From Candidatus Nomurabacteria bacterium GW2011_GWC2_42_20 (GTDB lineage: Bacteria; Patescibacteriota; Minisyncoccia; Phycocordibacterales; UBA1550): 64,000 nucleotides of DNA. Within the stretch, counting starts at the first letter, position 1. Each line of letters opens with the position of its first letter. Shown piece after piece: positions 1-10,737 of the stretch. Under the pieces are notes generated by a model. The model saw only the letters and a program-made list of their open reading frames with translations, was not told the origin of the DNA and did no database searches. Position numbers and translations under genes: made by a program. The stretch lies in NCBI GenBank assembly GCA_000998425.1, contig LCDG01000001.1, positions 10,558 through 74,557 on the forward strand, written 5' to 3'.

Positions 1-2
1 CT

Positions 3-245
3 ATATATTGGGATACACATCAGGCTGCGGTTACGTCTGCTCCGTGTTTTGGATATACTGTTTCTGGATGGAATCCATCATTGAATATAACGACGACATT
101 TTCAATGAGCACACCTGTTTGTGTTACTGTTGAAATTACAAAAAATGTAGCATATCCATTTACAACAATTCGTTCACGCGGGTACAACACTTGCTCTACT
201 ACCGACCCGCGCCGTGTTGAAAGAGGACTTCGTATCGACTACTAG
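3..245 (+). CDS. 3' part of a pilus-assembly (PilX-like) protein, truncated by window start
   Basis: Frame 3 is open from the edge: IYWD...IRSRGYNTC...RRVERGLRIDY*, stop 3 nt before ligA. Resembles C-termini of CPR PilX-like proteins (recalled, not searched). Confidence 0.55.
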   Translation: MYWDTHQAAVTSAPCFGYTVSGWNPSLNITTTFSMSTPVCVTVEITKNVAYPFTTIRSRGYNTCSTTDPRRVERGLRIDY

Positions 246-2276
<2,031 letters not shown>

Positions 2277-2284
2277 TTCAAAAT

Positions 2285-2761
2285 ATGAACAAAAGAAATA
2301 TTGTACTAGTAATCTTTAGTGTCATCTTTCTGATCGCAATCACTTTTGTTATGTATAAACAAAGTGTGAAAGATGTAGAACAACCTATAGCAGAACAGAC
2401 ACCAATAGCACAAGAAGAAGTACAAAAGACAGATTTTGGTTCAGAACTACCAAGCGATTTCCCAACCGACATCCCCACTGAAGAAGGTGTAGAAGTAGAG
2501 CAGAGTTACAGCTTAAATTATGAAGGACAAAAACAGCTTACTATCGTTTTTCCTTCCACAAAAACAGTCAAAGAAAACTACACTCTCTATGCTGATTTTC
2601 TTGAAAAACAAAATTGGATCGTTTCCAACAAATACGAGAGCGAAAAACTTTCCTCTATCTATGGCACAAAAGAAAGCAATGATATTAATGTGACTATTAG
2701 CCACGACTCCGATGGGGTTTCTGTGAAGTCGCAGGTGAGTATTAGTGTATTAAAGAAATGA
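2285..2761 (+). CDS. hypothetical protein with N-terminal membrane anchor
   Basis: 158 aa, hydrophobic N-terminus, LPSDFPTDIP motif; overlaps next start codon. Confidence 0.75.
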   Translation: MNKRNIVLVIFSVIFLIAITFVMYKQSVKDVEQPIAEQTPIAQEEVQKTDFGSELPSDFPTDIPTEEGVEVEQSYSLNYEGQKQLTIVFPSTKTVKENYTLYADFLEKQNWIVSNKYESEKLSSIYGTKESNDINVTISHDSDGVSVKSQVSISVLKK

Positions 2762-5298
2762 TTAAGAAAATAATTCTCACCACGATATTTGCATTTGCGG
2801 CATTACCTTCCATAGTATTGGCAGCAGTAGGAGATATGGTTACATATAATGTAACAAGCGTTGTCTATCCGTCCGACATTGTCTTTGATGGAACCAATAT
2901 GTGGGTGTCATCAAATGTTAATGGGTTTAGGGCTGCAAAAATCTCACCATCAGGTGTTGCAACATCATATCTATCAATGTCAAATGGCGGGCTTCCTGTT
3001 GGCATTGCTTTTGATGGGACCAATATGTGGGTAGTAGGTTACGTTGGTGATACTGTTACAAAGGTTTCTCCGTCAGGAGTTATGACCGATTATTTTGGTA
3101 CAGGAGCTGGTCCATGGGATATTGCGTTTGATGGTGTAAATATGTGGACAGTAAACGATGGATATACTGCAGGTGGCTACGATCCTTATACAGGTGAAGT
3201 TTATCCAGATACGTATGGTCCAACGAGTGTCACAAAAGTTTCTCCATCAGGCGCAATGACAACATATTATGGCACAGGCTCTTTAGCGGAAGGGATTGCA
3301 TTTGATGGTACAAACATGTGGGTAGCAAACTTTAGCAATAATAGTGTCACAAAAATTTCTCCCACAGGTGCCATGACAACATATACAGGAACTGGTGCTA
3401 ATCCATACCAACTTGCCTTCGATGGAACAAATATGTGGACGGCAAATTATGGCAATAATAGTGTCACAAAAATTTCTCCCACAGGTGCCATGACAACATA
3501 TACAGGAACAGGTGCTGGCCCTTGCGGTATTGCTTTCGACGGAACAAATATGTGGACAGGGAATTATAGCAATAATAGTGTCACAAAAATTTCTCCCACA
3601 GGTGCCATGACAACATATACAGGAACTGGTGCTAATCCATGTAATATTGCCTTTGATGGAACAAACATGTGGACCGCTAATCCGAGCGATAACACCGTTA
3701 CGAAGGTTGTCGCAGTATTACCAACTGGCACTGTCTCTGTCTACTCAAACATCTCATCCTCCTGGAGTATCACTGGCCCAGCAGCAATAACTGGCTCTGG
3801 CACCTCTCAAACATCAGTTTCACAGCCGACTGGGACGTATACTATTACCTGGGGCGCGATAGCTGGGTACACAACGCCAGCATCTCAGTCGTTCACCCTT
3901 ACCTCCGGCGGTACGATAAGTTTTAGTGGTACGTACTCGTTAAATTCCTACACCGTCTCCGCCACAGCAGGAGCAGGAGGTACCATCTCCCCAGCATCAC
4001 GTGTGGTCACATACGGCAACACCACCACCTTCACCGTAACTCCAAACGCTGGCTATACAGCCTCAGCTTCAGGTTGCGGTGGTTCACTCTCCGGCACCAC
4101 CTACACCACTGGAGCCATCACTGGAGCATGTACGGTTAGCGCTACTTACACGGCATCTATAGCTACGCCAACAGCATATATTTCTGCACCATCAACAGAC
4201 ACCTCTGTTTCTCAAAATACAGCAGTTGCTTTTTCTGGTAGTGGAACACCAATTCCTTCTACTTCAATACCAGCAACGCTAACATCTGTAAATGTTGGGT
4301 CAGTACAAAATTATGCCAACATGGCTGGACCATCTGTGATCCCGTCTCTCTGTCAATCTGGGGGATATTCAAGTGGGTATTTAGTAGCAATTCAATATAC
4401 TCCAGGTCAAATAGATTCACTTTTCCACTTTACTTATCAATGCACGAATGATACATACTCCTGCCCAGCCGATTACACGCTATCTGGAACAAATTGTATT
4501 TTTCAACCACTGATAATAAGCTACGAATGGCGTGAAGGTAACTGTACTACAGGAACCCTTCTATCATCTGCGTCAAGCTTTAATCTCTCAACTCCAACAC
4601 AAGGCACTCGTACTATATATCTTCGTGTAAAAGATTCTCAAGGCACCTGGTCAACAAATTGTCCGTCACGTGTTATTACTATTACATCATCCACCCCAAC
4701 CTCTCCCACAATCTCTGGACCCTCCACTTTAGTCACAGGACAGAGCGGAACATACTCTTTCGTATCAACAGACCCACAAGTGGAGCAAATCAGCTATGCG
4801 GTAGACTGGAATTCAGACGGAACAGATCTGTGGATGCCATACGGTTCAGTCCCACCACCTGGGAGTATGACATATGTAAACTCCGGAGTATCACAATCAG
4901 CATCTAAGTCTTGGGCAACACCCGGTACCTACACAGTCAGAGTCCTAGCTCAAGACACTTGGGGTAACAACTCAGCATGGACAACATACACTATCACTGT
5001 GTCAGACCCTCAACCATGTACAGCAGGAGTAGTAGACTCTTCTGGTTCATGGGCTCCAACATGCGCAACCTCTGCAACATGCCTCACTCCACCTGACCCA
5101 TCACAACTCACAAACCAGCCCGGTATTCAAATTGGCCTCTGTCCAACGCCAGAATACACCGGCACTGCCTACCGCGCCTGCTCCACAGCAACCATCACAT
5201 GTACTCCTGCCACCTCCTGTGGAGACAATACCTGCAACGGCTCAGAAACTATCCTTACTTGTCCAGCAGATTGCAAGGGGAGGTATCAGCAGTTCTAG
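2758..5298 (+). CDS. secreted surface protein: 7-blade beta-propeller, InlB-B-like repeat, PKD/Ig-like domains, Cys-rich tail
   Basis: Signal peptide; seven FDG(T/V)NMW repeats; TAGAGGTISP..TFTVTPNAGY; WATPGTYTV; Cys-rich C-terminus. Confidence 0.85.
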   Translation: MIKKIILTTIFAFAALPSIVLAAVGDMVTYNVTSVVYPSDIVFDGTNMWVSSNVNGFRAAKISPSGVATSYLSMSNGGLPVGIAFDGTNMWVVGYVGDTVTKVSPSGVMTDYFGTGAGPWDIAFDGVNMWTVNDGYTAGGYDPYTGEVYPDTYGPTSVTKVSPSGAMTTYYGTGSLAEGIAFDGTNMWVANFSNNSVTKISPTGAMTTYTGTGANPYQLAFDGTNMWTANYGNNSVTKISPTGAMTTYTGTGAGPCGIAFDGTNMWTGNYSNNSVTKISPTGAMTTYTGTGANPCNIAFDGTNMWTANPSDNTVTKVVAVLPTGTVSVYSNISSSWSITGPAAITGSGTSQTSVSQPTGTYTITWGAIAGYTTPASQSFTLTSGGTISFSGTYSLNSYTVSATAGAGGTISPASRVVTYGNTTTFTVTPNAGYTASASGCGGSLSGTTYTTGAITGACTVSATYTASIATPTAYISAPSTDTSVSQNTAVAFSGSGTPIPSTSIPATLTSVNVGSVQNYANMAGPSVIPSLCQSGGYSSGYLVAIQYTPGQIDSLFHFTYQCTNDTYSCPADYTLSGTNCIFQPLIISYEWREGNCTTGTLLSSASSFNLSTPTQGTRTIYLRVKDSQGTWSTNCPSRVITITSSTPTSPTISGPSTLVTGQSGTYSFVSTDPQVEQISYAVDWNSDGTDLWMPYGSVPPPGSMTYVNSGVSQSASKSWATPGTYTVRVLAQDTWGNNSAWTTYTITVSDPQPCTAGVVDSSGSWAPTCATSATCLTPPDPSQLTNQPGIQIGLCPTPEYTGTAYRACSTATITCTPATSCGDNTCNGSETILTCPADCKGRYQQF
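3335..3626 (+). repeat. intragenic 117-bp tandem repeat (three identical 58-bp cores)
   Basis: gcaataatagtgtcacaaaaatttctcccacaggtgccatgacaacatatacaggaac starts at 3335, 3452 and 3569. Confidence 0.95.
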
Positions 5299-5318
5299 GG
5301 GTGGGGACGAAAGTGACA

Positions 5319-5360
5319 TAACACGAGAACGCCTCTCGCACGAGAGGCGTTCTCGTGTTA
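5319..5360. repeat. perfect 20-bp inverted repeat, 2-nt loop
   Basis: taacacgagaacgcctctcg-ca-cgagaggcgttctcgtgtta. Confidence 0.9.
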
Positions 5361-5371
5361 GAATATCAGGC

Positions 5372-5656
5372 ATGGCTATTGAACTAAAGGATATTGAGCA
5401 CCTTGCTGGGCTCGCTCGAATCGCAGTTTCAGATAATGAGAAAAAAACACTTCAGCATGATTTGGAGGATATTTTGGCCTATGTGTCGCAAATATCAAAC
5501 GAAGGGTACGATATTGGCATGCCAGAAGTTGGAGAACCTCGCAATGTAATGCGCGCAGATGATGAACCACATGAGTCAGGAATGTTTACTGAGGACATTC
5601 TTGCGCAAGCACCTGTTCGAGATGGTAATCGAGTATTCGTAAAGAAAATATTGTAA
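5372..5656 (+). CDS. gatC: Asp/Glu-tRNA amidotransferase subunit C
   Basis: IEHLAGLARI...ILAYV...NVMRAD...VKKIL; directly before gatA; start placed at ATG 5372. Confidence 0.93.
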   Translation: MAIELKDIEHLAGLARIAVSDNEKKTLQHDLEDILAYVSQISNEGYDIGMPEVGEPRNVMRADDEPHESGMFTEDILAQAPVRDGNRVFVKKIL

Positions 5657-5659
5657 GTT

Positions 5660-7147
5660 ATGGATGCTAAAAATCTTACTATCAAGCAAGCACACGAGCT
5701 ACTCATTAGTAAAAAAATGAGCGTGCTTGAACTTGTGGAAGCAGTACTCAAAGTAGCAGATGGAGCGCGCGACCTTAATGCGTATCTTGAAATTTTTGAT
5801 GATGTGCGAGAGCAGGTTGAAGTTGCACAGAAAATGATAGATGATGGACGCTCAACAATGATGACAGGCATTCCTATCGCCATGAAGGATAATATTTTGA
5901 TCAAGGGCAAAATAGCGAGTGCGTCTTCAAAAATGCTTGAGAATTACACAGCAACATATGATGCGTTCGTGACAAAAAAACTTCGTGATGCTGGAGCTGT
6001 ATTCATTGGCCGTACAAACATGGACGAGTTTGCAATGGGGGGCTCGACAGAGAATTCTGCTTTTGGTGTAACAAAAAACCCACATGACAAAACACGTGTG
6101 CCAGGTGGCTCATCAGGCGGTTCTGCAGCAGCGCTGGCTTCTGGTTCTGCGCTTGGGGCGCTTGGTACAGACACTGGAGGTTCTATTCGCCAACCAGCAG
6201 CTTTTTGTGGAGTGGTTGGACTCAAGCCAACATACGGCAGTGTGTCACGCTCTGGAATTATTGCAATGGCGAGCTCGCTGGACCAAGCCGGCCCATTTGC
6301 GAAAACAGTCGAAGATGCAGAAATTATTTTTGATTGCATAAAAGGGTATGATCCAATGGATAGCACATCTGAACCAGCAGGCGAATCACCAGATTTCGTG
6401 TCGTCGGACGAACGTCTTGGACGCAACCCTGACAATCTTGCTAAAAAAGAACCTAAGAAACCGAAGGTAATTGGTGTACCAACAGAGTTTGTGAATGCAA
6501 AAGGAGTTGATCCGCGTGTTTTGAAAAATTTTGAGGAGTCAATCGAGAAGATGAAAAAGTTAGGGTATGAAGTAAAGGAAATTAACCTAGCTTCCCTCAA
6601 GCAAGGTCTGTCTATTTACTATATTTTGATGCCTGCTGAAGTTTCTTCAAATCTCGCGCGCTTTGATGGTGTGCGTTATGGATACCATGCAAACGGCGCA
6701 AACTTACTTGATGATTATATGCGCTCTCGTGGCGAGGGGTTTGGTGGCGAAGTACGCCGTCGCATTCTCCTCGGCACCTACGTGCTTTCTTCTGGCTACT
6801 ACGACGCGTATTACAGCAAAGCTGTTGCTGCTCGAGAGGTCATCAAGAAAACACTGGAAGTGGCATTTCGAGATGTTGATATTATTGCAACACCTACCAC
6901 CCCCACACCAGCATTCAGAATCGGTGAAAAGTCGAGTGACCCATTACAGATGTACCTTGCAGATATTTTTACTGTACCAGTGAATATTGCTGGAGTCCCA
7001 GCTATTTCAATACCGTCTGGTTTTGTTGAAGAAGGGGATGCTCTACTCCCGCTAGGGATTCAATTCATTGCGCCACATTTTGGCGAGGATGCACTTTTTG
7101 CAACAGGGAAGGACTTTGAAAAAATGCTTGGAGATAATAATATTTAA
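5660..7147 (+). CDS. gatA: Asp/Glu-tRNA amidotransferase subunit A
   Basis: KDN, NMDEFAMG, PGGSSGGS, GTDTGGSIRQPA, SSNLARFDG. Confidence 0.97.
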   Translation: MDAKNLTIKQAHELLISKKMSVLELVEAVLKVADGARDLNAYLEIFDDVREQVEVAQKMIDDGRSTMMTGIPIAMKDNILIKGKIASASSKMLENYTATYDAFVTKKLRDAGAVFIGRTNMDEFAMGGSTENSAFGVTKNPHDKTRVPGGSSGGSAAALASGSALGALGTDTGGSIRQPAAFCGVVGLKPTYGSVSRSGIIAMASSLDQAGPFAKTVEDAEIIFDCIKGYDPMDSTSEPAGESPDFVSSDERLGRNPDNLAKKEPKKPKVIGVPTEFVNAKGVDPRVLKNFEESIEKMKKLGYEVKEINLASLKQGLSIYYILMPAEVSSNLARFDGVRYGYHANGANLLDDYMRSRGEGFGGEVRRRILLGTYVLSSGYYDAYYSKAVAAREVIKKTLEVAFRDVDIIATPTTPTPAFRIGEKSSDPLQMYLADIFTVPVNIAGVPAISIPSGFVEEGDALLPLGIQFIAPHFGEDALFATGKDFEKMLGDNNI

Positions 7148-7150
7148 CGT

Positions 7151-7810
7151 ATGGCAGAACACGCACCAGCTCCAAAGGATACAATGTTTCGCGATGCAGC
7201 GATTGTTGTCACAGCGCTTGTTTTGATGTATGTGAGTACCAACATTACACCAGTCAGTCTCGAGACTGTAGTTTCAGGGGAAATGATGTCCAACGTGCTT
7301 TCATTTTTTGGTATTGATGCTAGGTTAACTACTGCTCAAAATATCGTGCTTTCTTTGCAAAATACATTTGCAGTGCTCGGTATAGTATTTCTAGCGGGTG
7401 CTTTTTGGGCGACATTAAAAATTCGTGAAGTCCACCATGCAGAGCATGAAAAATACGAACCTGTTCATCACGAAAAGACTGTCGAAAAACAGGCAATCGC
7501 CCAGTGGCAGGTGATATTGGACCACGTAAACTCAGAAAACCCTGCCGAATGGAAGCTGGCAATTCTAGAGGCAGATAACATTCTTAATGAGGTTCTTGAT
7601 GATCAAGGATATCTTGGAACGACAGTTGCCGACAAATTGAAAACAATGAGCTCTACCAGGATATCGTCATATAATGAGGTGTGGGATGCGCACAGACTTC
7701 GCAATCAGATCGCACACGGTGGCGCTATTGATATGGAGCTTACTCAAAAAATGGCACGAAACGCTGTGTCGCAGTTCGGAAACGCCTTTAAGGAGCTTGG
7801 ATATCTGTAG
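7151..7810 (+). CDS. conserved membrane hypothetical protein
   Basis: Two TM segments; WKLAILEAD...AHRLRNQIAH (RxxxxH, HEPN-like). Confidence 0.75.
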   Translation: MAEHAPAPKDTMFRDAAIVVTALVLMYVSTNITPVSLETVVSGEMMSNVLSFFGIDARLTTAQNIVLSLQNTFAVLGIVFLAGAFWATLKIREVHHAEHEKYEPVHHEKTVEKQAIAQWQVILDHVNSENPAEWKLAILEADNILNEVLDDQGYLGTTVADKLKTMSSTRISSYNEVWDAHRLRNQIAHGGAIDMELTQKMARNAVSQFGNAFKELGYL

Positions 7811-7874
7811 GGTAGAATATTGAAATGAGAATACAGAATGCAGAATGTTTAAACAGAAGTGGATACGGCGGCTA

Positions 7875-7902
7875 TTGCAAAATTTAACATAAATGTTATT
7901 AT
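7875..7902 (+). promoter_or_regulatory. sigma70-like promoter of the tRNA cluster
   Basis: TTGCAA-16 nt-TATTAT with TG upstream of the -10, just before tRNA-fMet. Confidence 0.55.
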
Positions 7903-7914
7903 ACAAATTCATAT

Positions 7915-7985
7915 AGCGGGGTAGAGAAGCGGTATCTCATCAGGCTCATAACCTGAAGACGCCCGTTCGATTCGGGCCCCCGCAA
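7915..7985 (+). tRNA. tRNA-fMet (CAT), initiator-type
   Basis: Cloverleaf, 1:72 mismatch, A11:U24, anticodon arm tcagg-ctCATaa-cctga. Confidence 0.9.
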
Positions 7986-8026
7986 CACGAAAATTACAAA
8001 AATGCCGGCAGCTAGAATAAGATAAT

Positions 8027-8103
8027 GTCGGCGTAGCTCAGTTGGTTAGAGCATGGCACTCATAAAGCCAAGGTCGGTGGTTCGATCCCACCCGTCGACA
8101 CCA
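8027..8103 (+). tRNA. tRNA-Met (CAT), probably elongator (Ile2 not excluded)
   Basis: gtcggcg/cgtcgac acceptor stem, TTCGA T-loop, encoded CCA. Confidence 0.9.
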
Positions 8104-8136
8104 GAAAAACTCATTGATGAGTTTTTCTGGTGTCGA
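8095..8136. repeat. perfect 20-bp inverted repeat overlapping the tRNA-Met 3' end
   Basis: tcgacaccagaaaaactcat-tg-atgagtttttctggtgtcga. Confidence 0.9.
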
Positions 8137-8274
8137 AATTCAAATCAAATACATGATTTGTTCTGGTGGGATAAGTCCCTGTGTCCAAGACACGATTCAG
8201 CTGAATCGCCGTCGACACCCGCAGGTTTGTTTTGCGGACAGTTTCCTGTTAGAATGCGCATGTGAGAAAAATTT

Positions 8275-8348
8275 GCGGTCGTAGCTCAGCTGGTTAGAGC
8301 GCCCGCCTGTCACGCGGGAGGTCGTGGGTTCAAGTCCCATCGACCGCG
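8275..8348 (+). tRNA. tRNA-Asp (GTC)
   Basis: gcggtcg/cgaccgc acceptor stem, cccgc-ctGTCac-gcggg. Confidence 0.95.
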
Positions 8349-8349
8349 C

Positions 8350-8397
8350 AAATACAAAAATTACCTAACGCTGCTGCGCTGGGTAATTTTTGTATTT
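8350..8397 (+). terminator. putative intrinsic terminator
   Basis: aaatacaaaaattacc...ggtaatttttgtattt inverted repeat after tRNA-Asp. Confidence 0.6.
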
Positions 8398-8514
8398 AGG
8401 ATTGAAAAAATGGGCTAAATAGTGTATCGTGTCGAAGTGTCAGTGAGCCGATGTAGGTGTTTTGGTAGGTCTGCAAGAAGACAATAACTGTCTGTGATGT
8501 GCGAATAAAAATAA

Positions 8515-8590
8515 GCCGATGTAGCTCAGTTGGTAGAGTGCGTCCTTGGTAAGGACGAGGTCTCCGGTTCAATCCCGGACATCGGCTCCA
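8515..8590 (+). tRNA. tRNA-Thr (GGT)
   Basis: gccgatg/catcggc acceptor stem, cgtcc-ttGGTaa-ggacg, encoded CCA. Confidence 0.95.
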
Positions 8591-8663
8591 AATAAGATTT
8601 AGTTTAATTAACGACCACATTCTAGATTTGCTATTGGTCTGCGTGCTGTGTATAATTTAGCGT

Positions 8664-9116
8664 ATGTCTAATCTAAAAATGCCAAGGGGTGAGTGCCAGA
8701 ATTGTGGTGGGGAGCCCGCACGTGCAGGGTATAAATATTGTAGTAATGTTTGTCAGCTTGCGTACCAGCATAAATCGTATATTATAGACTGGAAGGCTGG
8801 AACGGTTAGCGGGTTATCTAGTCTTGGGACAGTGTCCACTCATATCAAACGCTACTTGCGAGAAAAGTATGGGAATAGATGTGTCATTTGTAGTTGGGCG
8901 CAGGTTAATGTTAAGACAGGTCAGGTTCCTCTTGTTGCAGATCATATTGATGGGAAATGGCGCAATAATACTGAAAGTAACCTGCGTCTAATATGTCCAA
9001 ATTGTGATGCAATTTCCCCAACGTATGCCGCATTAAATAAAGGTAATGGACGGATTAATCGCGTGCAGAGCCGAAGATCGCAGGAAGCTCGTTTGTTAGT
9101 AAAAAAGAAGGTGTAA
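8664..9116 (+). CDS. HNH endonuclease with Zn-binding Cys pairs
   Basis: CQNC..YCSNVC; CVIC...DHIDG..NN..NLRLICPNC; TATAAT 7 nt upstream. Confidence 0.88.
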   Translation: MSNLKMPRGECQNCGGEPARAGYKYCSNVCQLAYQHKSYIIDWKAGTVSGLSSLGTVSTHIKRYLREKYGNRCVICSWAQVNVKTGQVPLVADHIDGKWRNNTESNLRLICPNCDAISPTYAALNKGNGRINRVQSRRSQEARLLVKKKV

Positions 9117-9189
9117 GCCGACCTAGCTCAATTGGTAGAGCAACGGTATCGTAAACCGTAGGTTCCGGGTTCAATTCCCGGGGTTGGCT
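9117..9189 (+). tRNA. tRNA-Thr (CGT)
   Basis: gccgacc/ggttggc acceptor stem, acggt-atCGTaa-accgt. Confidence 0.93.
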
Positions 9190-9233
9190 CAAAGAAAAAG
9201 AACGAGGCAAAGTTTGCCTCGTTCTTGTTTTGA

Positions 9234-9707
9234 TCACAATGAATGAATTTTTTTTAGTCCCTCTCTCAACATTATGAAATGAGGGTGAAGCATTATCTTC
9301 GGTGTTACTTCATCTATTGTGAATTCATGCGCAATTAAAACAGCATCACTGTCCTCCTCTTTGGTTGGTCCAGTATTCAAATTCGAAAAGTCGTCTACAA
9401 ACCCTCCAAAAACATGATAGTAGTGGGGGTTTTTGTTTCTCGATAATATCCTCATTAAGAAGACCACAGAATTTTGATCAAGCTGTATGCCAGTTTCCTC
9501 GCCAACTTCGCGCACGAATGCATTCATCGGCAGTTCGTTATTTTCGGTTTTTATAGTCCCCCCAGGAATCCTCCATTTCGGATCCTTATGCTGAATGTTT
9601 TTAACAAGAATGATTTTTCCTGTTTGTACACTCAACACAATTCCTAACGCTACACCATCGTTTTGATTGATTCCTTGGTTTTTATGGTTCAAAATAAACC
9701 TCCACAT
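9234..9707 (-). CDS. NUDIX hydrolase
   Basis: WRIPGG...REVGEETG Nudix box; alternative TTG start at 9692 behind GGAGG. Confidence 0.85.
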   Translation of the reverse strand: MWRFILNHKNQGINQNDGVALGIVLSVQTGKIILVKNIQHKDPKWRIPGGTIKTENNELPMNAFVREVGEETGIQLDQNSVVFLMRILSRNKNPHYYHVFGGFVDDFSNLNTGPTKEEDSDAVLIAHEFTIDEVTPKIMLHPHFIMLREGLKKIHSL

Positions 9708-9798
9708 TCATTTTAAAAAACATTAATCAAATATTGCTGACTTAAAAGTAACTAATTCTAATTCTTAACTTTTTTAATTATAGCAATAATAATACTGT

Positions 9799-9827
9799 TT
9801 GTCAACAGTATTGCAGAATGATATACT
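9799..9827 (+). promoter_or_regulatory. sigma70 promoter of prfB (leaderless geometry)
   Basis: TTGTCA-17 nt-TATACT with TGn; ATG 7 nt downstream. Confidence 0.7.
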
Positions 9828-9834
9828 CAGCTTA

Positions 9835-10725
9835 ATGATTTTAACAAAAGAAGAAATGCGTGCAAAAATAAATGATCTCGAGGCTAGTATGTCCGATGTT
9901 GATTTTTGGACGGACAAGACTAAGGCACAGGCTGTTATAAAGGAAATTGCAGAGCTTAAAGAAAAAATTGCCGGTGTCGGCAAATATGATCGCGGTAATG
10001 CAGTAATGACTATTTTCTCCGGCGCAGGCGGGGATGACTCGGAAGATTTTTCTGGAATGCTCCTTCGTATGTACTTGAAGTTTTTTGAAAAGCAAAATTT
10101 TGAAGCAAAGCTTCTTCACGAAAATAAGAACGACCATGGTGGATATCGCAATATCACACTCGAAATCCATGGGAAAAATGCATACGGAATGCTAAAAAAT
10201 GAATCAGGTGTCCACCGTCTTGTTCGTATTTCGCCATTCAACGCAAAGAAGCTTCGGCATACATCGTTTTCAATGGTTGAAGTTATTCCAGATTTCAGGG
10301 ATAGCGGAAGTGATGAGATGGTTATTCCTGCTGATGATATAAAGATTGAGTTTAGTCGTTCGTCTGGTCCTGGTGGGCAAAATGTAAACAAGCGCGAGAC
10401 TGCAGTGCGTGTGGTACACGTTCCCACAGGAATAGCCGTGCATGTCGAAACCGAGCGCTCTCAGGAGCAAAATCGTGAAAAGGCAATTCAGATACTAAAA
10501 GGAAAACTCTTTAAAAAACAGGACGATGAAAGAAAGGCAACTGAGAGTGGCATGTATATCAGTAAGACTACAGAAATAGAATGGGGGAATCAAATTCGCT
10601 CATATGTACTTCACCCGTACAAGATGGTGAAGGATCATCGTACTAATGTAGAGACATCAAACGTTGACGCAGTGTTAGAAGATGGCGAGATAATGCAATT
10701 CATTGAAGCAGAACGTGATTTATAA
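9835..10725 (+). CDS. prfB: peptide chain release factor 2, short form
   Basis: SPF tripeptide, GGQ, GVHRLVR, WGNQIRSYV. Confidence 0.93.
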   Translation: MILTKEEMRAKINDLEASMSDVDFWTDKTKAQAVIKEIAELKEKIAGVGKYDRGNAVMTIFSGAGGDDSEDFSGMLLRMYLKFFEKQNFEAKLLHENKNDHGGYRNITLEIHGKNAYGMLKNESGVHRLVRISPFNAKKLRHTSFSMVEVIPDFRDSGSDEMVIPADDIKIEFSRSSGPGGQNVNKRETAVRVVHVPTGIAVHVETERSQEQNREKAIQILKGKLFKKQDDERKATESGMYISKTTEIEWGNQIRSYVLHPYKMVKDHRTNVETSNVDAVLEDGEIMQFIEAERDL

Positions 10726-10737
10726 TATACTTAACCG

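Noticed and set aside
3335-3626. Regularly spaced repeats resembling a CRISPR array
   Set aside because: The 117-bp in-frame period encodes propeller blades, the spacers are homologous to each other, and there are no cas genes.
5132-5371. N-terminal extension of gatC in the ORF track
   Set aside because: Overlaps the upstream gene and a palindrome; GatC similarity starts at ATG 5372.
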